A stretch of 8,953 bases of DNA from a virus (lineage: Duplodnaviria; Heunggongvirae; Uroviricota; Caudoviricetes). The notes beneath the pieces were generated by a model that had not been told where the DNA came from, did no database searches, and saw only the letters and a list, made by a program, of their open reading frames with translations. The DNA is taken from IMG/VR virus record IMGVR_UViG_2778261177_000008; one strand, given 5' to 3'. A program made the position numbers and the translations under genes. Shown piece after piece: positions 1-5,280 of the stretch (its first letter is position 1; each line of letters begins with the position of its first letter).

Positions 1-438
1 TTCACGCAAAGACTTATTGATAAATCCGTGATTGAACGCAGCAGCAAGACGGCTGGCGGTATAGTTAATCCCCTCGTTGCGTGCTTCCGCACGAATTTCA
101 GCCAGAAAAGCATCGGTGGCTGGGGTGTCAACACGGATACTGTCGCGCAAGATGAAAAATGCATTGAGCATCCCAGTCTCCGGCACTTCATCCTGATACT
201 TCTCATACGTATCAAGAGCCTTCATCATCTCAGGTCCGAATGGTTGAGGGTGCGCAGATTTCAGCCCCGCATTCTCCGCTGCCAGCGCATTAGCACGCAC
301 CAGTTGCACTTCCAGTTGCGTTGCCAAATCGCTGATCAGCTTTGCCACACTGCGCATATCAACGGCACCACATTCTGCTTTCAGTTCCGAAGCCATCTCA
401 TGCCCGGCGGCAACTAACCCTTTGATATTACTTTCCAT
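1..438 (-). CDS. Hypothetical phage protein, partial (3' end beyond window)
   Basis: Minus-strand ORF with ATG at 438-436 and an SD-like GAGGG 5-6 nt upstream. It is open in frame to position 1 (146 codons; N-terminus MESNIKGLVAAGHEMASELKAEC..., last residues ...NHGFINKSLRE). It was absent from the ORF track because no stop lies in the window; the listed plus-strand ORF 28..417 is its shadow. No family recognised. Confidence 0.5.
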   Translation of the reverse strand, partial: MESNIKGLVAAGHEMASELKAECGAVDMRSVAKLISDLATQLEVQLVRANALAAENAGLKSAHPQPFGPEMMKALDTYEKYQDEVPETGMLNAFFILRDSIRVDTPATDAFLAEIRAEARNEGINYTASRLAAAFNHGFINKSLRE

Positions 439-499
439 CTTTACCCTCGCTTATCCACATAACTTATTGATTACATTGATAACTAAAAAGATCGTCGAT

Positions 500-847
500 T
501 CAGAACTCTTCGATGTTCCAGCCACCACCTGCTTTCTTTGGCTTAACCGTTACCCCGATGATTCGGAACGGATACTGATCTGCGGCGACTTTGGTTTTCA
601 CTCTGGCGTCATCGGTCCAGAATCCCCCTTTCACTTCGTGCAGCTCCATCTCGCCGGTGGCGAGCATCACAGCGAAATCGGGCGTATAGAACGTGTTATT
701 AGCTAACCGCATCTTGATACCCTCGAACCGATACCAGGCGATTTCCCCTGCACGTTTACGCTGCTCAAGGTGCTGGCAATACGCAGATTCTGTTTTGTTC
801 ATCTGGCCTGTTTTGAGTCGACCAAGAGCCTGTATCTGTTTTCTCAT
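500..847 (-). CDS. Small PD-(D/E)xK-type nuclease, possibly DUF1064-like (tentative)
   Basis: 115-aa ORF with ATG at 847-845 and SD AGGGG about 6 nt upstream. Carries a PD...(D/E)xK-like motif (YTPDF ... ELHEVK). Sits downstream of the P-like gene, where lambdoid phages carry nin-region recombination/resolvase genes. Family assignment is from memory. Confidence 0.55.
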   Translation of the reverse strand: MRKQIQALGRLKTGQMNKTESAYCQHLEQRKRAGEIAWYRFEGIKMRLANNTFYTPDFAVMLATGEMELHEVKGGFWTDDARVKTKVAADQYPFRIIGVTVKPKKAGGGWNIEEF

Positions 848-850
848 GAT

Positions 851-927
851 TTACCCCTGAGGTAATTAAAAACCACATAAGACACGAAATCAATAGATTT
901 TAGAATATTTTATTACCCAAAAGGTAA
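851..927 (-). promoter_or_regulatory. Promoter/operator module: two TTACC-N5-GGTAA palindromes flanking a -35-like TTGATT
   Basis: Perfect palindromes at 851-865 (TTACCcctgaGGTAA) and 913-927 (TTACCcaaaaGGTAA). On the minus strand the order is operator, 19 nt, TTGATT (plus 888-893), 22 nt, operator, then RBS and ATG of the 500..847 gene. An AT-rich -10-like TTTAAT lies 17 nt after the -35. Confidence 0.6.
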
Positions 928-964
928 TTATCGAGACGTAAAAAAATGCGCTATCGCGCTGGTA

Positions 965-1741
965 TTACTTGATAAATCCTGCCGCCTTTCCCCGCCTGTA
1001 TTCCTCCATCAGCCACTGCGCCGGTGTTATTCCCCCAAGGGTGGCGGCGTTAGGCATGCACCCGAAACTTCGCCATGGTGGATGGTAAACGTCTCTCCCT
1101 GTGTCCGGAGGTGTACTCATGGGTTCTGGCTTTGCCTGTATGCTGATCACCGGATCGGGTATCTGCTGTCCGGAAGCCACCTTTTTCGCCCAATCATCGA
1201 GCAGCCTGCGAGCGTGTTTCTCAACCTCAATCTCGCTAAGCTGGCGCTGATACATTGCACGGCGGGTATCACATACGACCCAGTACATAACCGGATGTCG
1301 CCACGGGAATATTTCGGGACCACCAGGATATAAACTTTTTTCCTTGCTGTACCGGTGAAACTCCGCCATCACATCGTCAATGGTGACGCCAAGAACCATC
1401 TTGCTGTCTTTACACCACTTGATGAATTGCCCTGGCGACGGCCAGAACGGAGATTCACTGGCGCGGGCGTGGCGCATACCAGCGTTAACCTGTTCCATTG
1501 TAGTGATCCCATTCTCCAGAAACGCAAGCATCCATTGCTTACGGAATTCATTAAGTTTGTTCTGCTCCCTTATGGTCGAAACGCTTGCAGGAAATGCAGC
1601 CTGTAACTGGACAAATAGTTCATTGAAAATTCTAGCAACCTGCTCCTTTTTGCCATTGCTGTCACGCCGCTCTTCATGCACAGCAACACCATGCTCACGT
1701 AAGCGATCGTACTCATTGAGAAGTTCTGGAGTTGATTTCAT
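965..1741 (-). CDS. Replication protein P-like (DnaB helicase loader)
   Basis: 258-aa ORF. The segment FPASVSTIREQNKLNEFRKQWMLAFLENGITTMEQVNAGMRHARASESPFWPSPGQFIKWC closely parallels lambda P as I recall it (FPAS...QW.LAF.ENGITTMEQVNAGMR...PF.PSPGQF..WC). SD AAGGGG 6 nt upstream of ATG (1741-1739). Start overlaps the upstream O-like gene by 29 nt. Confidence 0.85.
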   Translation of the reverse strand: MKSTPELLNEYDRLREHGVAVHEERRDSNGKKEQVARIFNELFVQLQAAFPASVSTIREQNKLNEFRKQWMLAFLENGITTMEQVNAGMRHARASESPFWPSPGQFIKWCKDSKMVLGVTIDDVMAEFHRYSKEKSLYPGGPEIFPWRHPVMYWVVCDTRRAMYQRQLSEIEVEKHARRLLDDWAKKVASGQQIPDPVISIQAKPEPMSTPPDTGRDVYHPPWRSFGCMPNAATLGGITPAQWLMEEYRRGKAAGFIK

Positions 1742-2543
1742 CCCACACCCCTTCTATCCAGTCAGTGTTATTCCAGTCAAGCTCATCGCTTTTCCCGGCA
1801 TTTTTTGATTTTCCCCTGATATGATTTACGTGCCTGGCGAATTTTTGTTCCCACTGAACCTGCGTGAACACTTTGCCCTCAGCCATCCAGTAATCCCGGA
1901 ATGCAGCAAGTTCAGCAGGTGTAAATTCCGGTTCCGGCAGGGCCGTTCCCCACAGCGCAGCACGCCGCCGAAAATCTGGCGACGGTAGCCAGCCATCTGT
2001 CATCGGAAATTTCCCGATGGGTTCACTCAGGCCATCCAGAAATTCAGGTTCTGCCACCTGCAACGGCGTACTGTTCGCTTCACTGGTCGGAGCACCCTCG
2101 CGCACGTGCGCTATGTGTGGGGTTTTATATATATCCTCCTCTTCCTCTTCCTCTGGTAACTCCTTTTGTAACGCTGTTGGCGTTACTTTTTGCGTTACTC
2201 GTTTTCGATGCTCTGCCACTCTTCTATTCGTAAGTGCACGTTTTTTCGATGATTCTCCATTGTGTCGCTCAAAGTTTGGAAGAATTAGTTTGCCGTCATG
2301 ATAAGCAAGCCATCCGACGCTAATGAGGGCGTCAGCAAATCCTGTAATAAAAGCGAGTCTATCAAGTACTCCTTTTGTAACGCTGCCAGCGTTACCGTCT
2401 ATTGTTTGCTGGTCAGCCCATGCCCATATACGAACCAGCTTTCCAAGAACAGCATCTGGATCAATACCCAGAATTTCTGCTATCTGAAAAATTTCAGGTT
2501 TATCAGGAGTGATAACTTCAACCTTAATCCAGCTGCTTGCCAT
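1713..2543 (-). CDS. Replication initiator / replisome organizer (O-equivalent) with DnaT-like C-terminal domain
   Basis: ORF track gives 1713..2561 with a GTG start; I prefer ATG at 2543-2541 (MASSWIKV...), which has SD GAGGGG about 6 nt upstream. The C-terminal GKFPMTDGWLPSPDFRRRAALWGTALPEPEFTPAELAAFRDYWMAEGKVFTQVQWEQKFARHV closely matches E. coli DnaT as I recall it ([26 protein letters not shown]...[20 protein letters not shown]). An acidic EEEEEED linker separates the two halves. Sits immediately upstream of the P-like gene, as O does in lambda. Confidence 0.8.
   Translation of the reverse strand: MASSWIKVEVITPDKPEIFQIAEILGIDPDAVLGKLVRIWAWADQQTIDGNAGSVTKGVLDRLAFITGFADALISVGWLAYHDGKLILPNFERHNGESSKKRALTNRRVAEHRKRVTQKVTPTALQKELPEEEEEEDIYKTPHIAHVREGAPTSEANSTPLQVAEPEFLDGLSEPIGKFPMTDGWLPSPDFRRRAALWGTALPEPEFTPAELAAFRDYWMAEGKVFTQVQWEQKFARHVNHIRGKSKNAGKSDELDWNNTDWIEGVWDEINSRTSQ
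2160..2405. repeat. Iteron-like repeats (putative replication origin) inside the O-equivalent gene
   Basis: Two perfect 19-bp palindromes GTAACGC-N5-GCGTTAC at 2168-2186 and 2387-2405, plus an extra GCGTTAC at 2192-2198. Both palindromes sit in a shared 17-bp direct repeat ctccttttgtaacgctg (2160-2176 and 2379-2395). A short AT-rich tract TTTTATATATAT lies at 2123-2134. Confidence 0.6.
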
Positions 2544-2736
2544 AGGTTTCCCCTCTTGCACTCTTTAGTGCACAAGCAAATTCATTACGATGGCGGTTGG
2601 CGCTATTCATTGCACATTCAACACATGTTCCGTTCAGAACATACCTTTCAGAGAGATGGCCGTGACGGCACCGCTTTCCTGTGAAATAGCGATTTAACCC
2701 GGCTTTTGCGGCCTCCATTCTGGTTACTATCTTCAA
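2524..2736 (-). CDS. Small putative zinc-binding protein in the cII-equivalent position
   Basis: 64-70 aa ORF; start is either TTG at 2736-2734 (SD AAGGGG about 8 nt upstream) or ATG at 2718-2716. Cys/His cluster CRHGHLSERYVLNGTCVEC suggests a zinc ribbon. Overlaps the start of the O-like gene by 20 nt. No confident family match. Confidence 0.45.
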   Translation of the reverse strand: MKIVTRMEAAKAGLNRYFTGKRCRHGHLSERYVLNGTCVECAMNSANRHRNEFACALKSARGETYGKQLD

Positions 2737-2814
2737 TTTTTCCGCCCCTTTTTGTTATTGATATTGGCTATTTTGCACAATTGGAAAATTTGATCAACCA
2801 GATTTGGTTTTTTA

Positions 2815-2829
2815 TTACCTTTGAGGTAC
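2815..2829. promoter_or_regulatory. Isolated operator-like palindrome TTACCtttgaGGTAC (one arm imperfect)
   Basis: Member of the TTACC-N5-GGTAA family. On the minus strand it is followed after 17 nt by a -35-like TTGATC, upstream of the zinc-binding ORF. Confidence 0.45.
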
Positions 2830-2840
2830 GAATAGATATG

Positions 2841-2864
2841 AAAAGACCGCCGGATGGCGGTCTA
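2841..2864 (-). terminator. Putative intrinsic terminator downstream of the cro-like gene (tR1-like position)
   Basis: Inverted repeat AGACCGCC (2845-2852), loop GGAT, GGCGGTCT (2857-2864). On the minus-strand transcript the hairpin is followed by UUUU then CAUAUC. Lies about 20 nt past the cro-like stop codon (2885-2887). Confidence 0.55.
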
Positions 2865-2884
2865 CAGAGGGTTGTGGCTGGATA

Positions 2885-3115
2885 TCATGAGTAGAAGAAG
2901 TATGCCAGTTCTGCTTTTGAGCGCAGCCATTGTCTTGTTTTACAGGCTTTAAAAAGCCCATTCATCAATACCTTACCTGGCATTTTGCGCTTACCTGTTA
3001 AGTGAGTCTGGATATAGTGACTCGTCGTTCCGGCTTCCTGTGCGAAGGCTTCACGCTCATCCGGAGTAAGTGCAAGCCAGTGCTTTTTGAAATCAAAATG
3101 TCCGTTATCGCTCAT
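2885..3115 (-). CDS. Cro-like small HTH DNA-binding regulator
   Basis: 76-aa ORF with a helix-turn-helix-like segment (REAFAQEAGTTSHYIQTHLTGKRK). Transcribed divergently from the repressor gene across an operator-rich intergenic region and followed by a terminator, as for lambda cro. Confidence 0.6.
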   Translation of the reverse strand: MSDNGHFDFKKHWLALTPDEREAFAQEAGTTSHYIQTHLTGKRKMPGKVLMNGLFKACKTRQWLRSKAELAYFFYS

Positions 3116-3140
3116 AGCTATTGCCTGATATTTATTTCAG

Positions 3141-3214
3141 ATAATAAATATTCACCCATAAGGTAACAAAAATCAAGGATAGTTACCTATGAGGTGCATT
3201 TACCTGATGGGTAA
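3141..3214. promoter_or_regulatory. Divergent promoter/operator region (OR-like) between the cro-like and repressor genes
   Basis: Three operator-like palindromes: 3152-3166 (TCACCcataaGGTAA), 3183-3197 (TTACCtatgaGGTGC) and 3200-3214 (TTACCtgatgGGTAA, perfect). Centres are spaced 31 and 17 bp apart. Leftward promoter candidates on the minus strand: -35 TTGATT (plus 3171-3176) or TTGTTA (plus 3164-3169), with -10 TATTAT (plus 3141-3146). The site at 3152-3166 overlaps the -35/spacer. Confidence 0.6.
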
Positions 3215-3269
3215 TATTGCTTTAAATTGAATCATCTACTGATTCATATATGAGGCGATTTTCCAGAAA

Positions 3270-3854
3270 ATGAAAAGTATCCAGGACGTCCGCAGGCAAA
3301 ATCTCAACGACTTGATCGACCGTGAATTCAATGGTGTTCAGACGCGGATGGCAGAAAAACTTGGAACTCAGGCAAATCTGGTAAACCGCTGGGCTCTTGG
3401 CAAGAAGGTTATCGGCGACCAGGTTGCGCGAAAAATTGAAGCTGCCGCCAATAAACCCCGTAACTGGCTTGATATCGATCGCTCGCTTTCTCAGGAAGGT
3501 TTTCAGCCTGTCGGCCCAAGCGACATTGGCCAGCTGGCGGCTCACAACCTGGAACGCTGGATGAGCGAAAGCCGCGACCTTTCAACACAGGGAAAACTTC
3601 ACCGCGCATCCGGCGTAGCCCAGGTGACAATCAGCCGCCTGTTAAACAATGAGGTCAGCGTTTCCATTTCCACCCTGGAGAATGTTGCATCCGCATTCGG
3701 GCGTCACGGCTATGAATTACTGATTCACCCGCACGACCCTGCGACCATCAACTATGATCGCTCGCGCTACGCATTGTTACCCGAAACCGAGAAAGCAAAG
3801 ATCGAAAGTTACATTGAATTTGTCATCAACCAGAACGAAAAAAGCAAACAATAA
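3270..3854 (+). CDS. Putative prophage repressor (CI-equivalent) with two tandem HTH_XRE-type domains
   Basis: 194-aa ORF with two HTH-like segments (GVQTRMAEKLGTQANLVNRWALGKK and LHRASGVAQVTISRLLNNEVS). No recognisable LexA-like S24 peptidase domain. Sits between the operator cluster and a strong terminator, divergent from the cro-like gene. No good SD: GAGG is 14 nt upstream of the ATG. Confidence 0.7.
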   Translation: MKSIQDVRRQNLNDLIDREFNGVQTRMAEKLGTQANLVNRWALGKKVIGDQVARKIEAAANKPRNWLDIDRSLSQEGFQPVGPSDIGQLAAHNLERWMSESRDLSTQGKLHRASGVAQVTISRLLNNEVSVSISTLENVASAFGRHGYELLIHPHDPATINYDRSRYALLPETEKAKIESYIEFVINQNEKSKQ

Positions 3855-3874
3855 AACTATAGTTTTCAGCAAGT

Positions 3875-3898
3875 AAGCCGCCTCATGGCGGCTTTTTT
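3875..3898 (+). terminator. Rho-independent terminator after the repressor gene
   Basis: GC-rich 8-bp stem AAGCCGCC (3875-3882), loop TCAT, GGCGGCTT (3887-3894), running into TTTTTT (3893-3898). Lies 20 nt downstream of the repressor stop TAA (3852-3854). Confidence 0.75.
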
Positions 3899-3911
3899 AT
3901 TGCCAGATAGA

Positions 3912-3988
3912 TTACCTTACGGGTAATTTTTTTAACTCATATCTATTGACACCAAACCAAATAAGCATAATTATTACCTCAACGGTAA
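3912..3988 (+). promoter_or_regulatory. pL-like early-left promoter with two flanking operators
   Basis: Perfect palindromes at 3912-3926 (TTACCttacgGGTAA) and 3974-3988 (TTACCtcaacGGTAA), with consensus -35 TTGACA at 3946-3951. The -10 is AT-rich (AATTAT at 3969-3974 with a 17-nt spacer) and overlaps the second operator. A GGTAA half-site lies at 3996-4000. Spacing is operator, 19 nt, -35, 22 nt, operator. Confidence 0.65.
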
Positions 3989-4007
3989 CAAACCGAGGTA
4001 ACAAGTT

Positions 4008-4160
4008 ATGCAGTGGAAAATCATCAACGGTTGGTACTGCGTTACTGCATGCGGATTCATGAGCTGGAAGTTCCGCACCTTACAGGAAGGCATTAAGTGG
4101 GCTTTCGTCAGCAAAGAAGCTCGCGATGTGGCCAACGATAACGAGATATGGGAGGGCTGA
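4008..4160 (+). CDS. Small hypothetical protein (50 aa), first ORF of the early-left operon
   Basis: ATG at 4008 with GAGG 9 nt upstream; 50 codons, stop TGA at 4158-4160. Sequence MQWKIINGWYCVTACGFMSWKFRTLQEGIKWAFVSKEARDVANDNEIWEG is Trp-rich with a hydrophobic N-terminal segment. Too short for the ORF track. Not Arg-rich, so not N-like. Confidence 0.4.
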   Translation: MQWKIINGWYCVTACGFMSWKFRTLQEGIKWAFVSKEARDVANDNEIWEG

Positions 4161-4162
4161 TA

Positions 4163-4462
4163 ATGAACGTTAATCAGCAGAAAAATCTTCAAAAAATCAT
4201 GCTGGCATTCGACAAGGACTACCGTCTGTCAGAACAGCTATATGACCGACAAGTTGAACTGATTGAGAGTATCCGGCTTCATCAACTGGCATCAACTTTC
4301 GACGTTGTAACAGTTAAAGGCGTTCGCCAGGAAGTACTGGAGGCCGCTAAAGACAGCCCTGAGTTCGAAGAACTGATGGATTCCTACCGGCGCGAGGCAA
4401 TGGCAATTATCGCCCGCTGGGATCTGGCTGATCAGCTTGATGGGCAGAGGGACGCGGCATGA
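4163..4462 (+). CDS. Hypothetical phage protein (99 aa)
   Basis: ORF track starts at 4148, but ATG 4163 has a strong SD GGAGGG (4151-4156) and begins 2 nt after the upstream stop. The stop overlaps the exonuclease start (ATGA at 4459-4462). No family recognised. Confidence 0.55.
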   Translation: MNVNQQKNLQKIMLAFDKDYRLSEQLYDRQVELIESIRLHQLASTFDVVTVKGVRQEVLEAAKDSPEFEELMDSYRREAMAIIARWDLADQLDGQRDAA

Positions 4463-5280
4463 ATCCGGGAATTTATTTCGATATCAGCAACGAGGACTAC
4501 CACGCCGGTGACGGCGTGAGTAAGTCGCAGCTAGATATGGTGGCTAAGAACCCTGCCCTTCTGAAATGGGTGAAGGCTGCTCCGGAAGACGAAGAGAAGA
4601 AGTCTGCACTGGACATGGGTACTGCTCTGCACTGTCTGCTTCTGGAACCTGGAGAGTTTGACAAACGCTTCATCGTTTCACCGAAATTCGATCGTCGGAC
4701 AAAACAAGGTAAAGCTGACGAAGAGGCATTTATTCGTGATGTAGCGGATATGGGGATTTCGGTACTTGATGCAGAGCAGTGGCGAAAACTGGAGCTGATG
4801 CGTGATAGCGCAATGGCTCACCCGGCGGCACGCTGGATGTTGGAAGCACCTGGTTACTGCGAAGCATCAATGTACTGGAACGATGAAGAGACGGGTGAGT
4901 TGTGCCGAATTCGTCCAGACAAATGGCTGAACGAGCACAACGTGATCGTCGACGTGAAAAAGGTTGCAGATATGGACCGTTTTGCACGCCACATCGAGGA
5001 ATTCCGCTACCACGTGCAGGACGCAATGTACCGCGAAGGCGCAATGAGGGTTACTGGTCAGCCGCATGGTTTTTTCTTTCTTGCCGTGAGCGAAAGCATT
5101 GATTGTGGTCGGTATCCGGTACGCGTGTTCGAGCTGGATGCGCCAGATGTCGATGCTGGGCACGCTCTGTTCCGCCGGGATCTGAATACCTATCACGAAT
5201 GCCGCATCAACGATGAATGGGGCGGAGTGGAAATTATTAAACGCCCTGACTGGGCACGTAAACAGGATATGTACGTATGA
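4459..5280 (+). CDS. PD-(D/E)xK-family exonuclease (RecE / exodeoxyribonuclease VIII-like domain), recombination partner of the annealase
   Basis: 273-aa ORF. N-terminal GIYFDISNEDYHAGDGVSKSQLDMV and the motif IRPDKW...VIVDVKK are characteristic of the RecE-like PDDEXK exonuclease family found in prophages (from memory). Translationally coupled to the downstream annealase gene (ATGA at 5277-5280). SD GAGGGA about 8 nt upstream. Confidence 0.7.
   Translation: MNPGIYFDISNEDYHAGDGVSKSQLDMVAKNPALLKWVKAAPEDEEKKSALDMGTALHCLLLEPGEFDKRFIVSPKFDRRTKQGKADEEAFIRDVADMGISVLDAEQWRKLELMRDSAMAHPAARWMLEAPGYCEASMYWNDEETGELCRIRPDKWLNEHNVIVDVKKVADMDRFARHIEEFRYHVQDAMYREGAMRVTGQPHGFFFLAVSESIDCGRYPVRVFELDAPDVDAGHALFRRDLNTYHECRINDEWGGVEIIKRPDWARKQDMYV

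Noticed and set aside
28-417. 129-aa plus-strand ORF in the track
   Set aside because: Cys/His/Arg-rich, low-complexity translation lying entirely opposite a well-formed minus-strand gene (1..438) with SD and ATG. Judged a shadow ORF.
451-459. Perfect DnaA-box-like 9-mer TTATCCACA in the intergenic region upstream of the partial left gene
   Set aside because: A single copy with no cluster or adjacent AT-rich unwinding element. A chance match is plausible in 9 kb, and the iterons in the O-equivalent gene are the better origin candidate.
422-706. 94-aa plus-strand ORF overlapping the nuclease gene
   Set aside because: No SD. It spans the intergenic region and the antisense of the 500..847 gene. 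Shadow ORF.
1082-1808. Several 83-142 aa plus-strand ORFs (1082..1333, 1355..1606, 1380..1808)
   Set aside because: All lie antisense within the well-supported P-like gene. No SD or recognisable motifs.
2135-2154. Polypyrimidine tract cctcctcttcctcttcctct
   Set aside because: It encodes the poly-Glu linker (EEEEEED) of the O-equivalent protein on the minus strand. No independent function is needed to explain it.
2017-2684. Plus-strand ORFs 2017..2301 and 2298..2684
   Set aside because: Antisense to the O-equivalent gene with poly-Ser/low-complexity translations. Shadow ORFs.
2706-2894. 62-aa plus-strand ORF across the cro/cII-position intergenic region
   Set aside because: It spans the operator and terminator hairpin and has no SD. 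The region is better explained as regulatory DNA.
3222-3630. Minus-strand ORFs 3222..3545 and 3409..3630
   Set aside because: Antisense to the repressor gene, whose tandem HTH motifs support the plus-strand frame.
3974-4192. 72-aa minus-strand ORF
   Set aside because: It would run backwards through the pL-like promoter/operators and the small plus-strand ORF. No SD and an implausible context.
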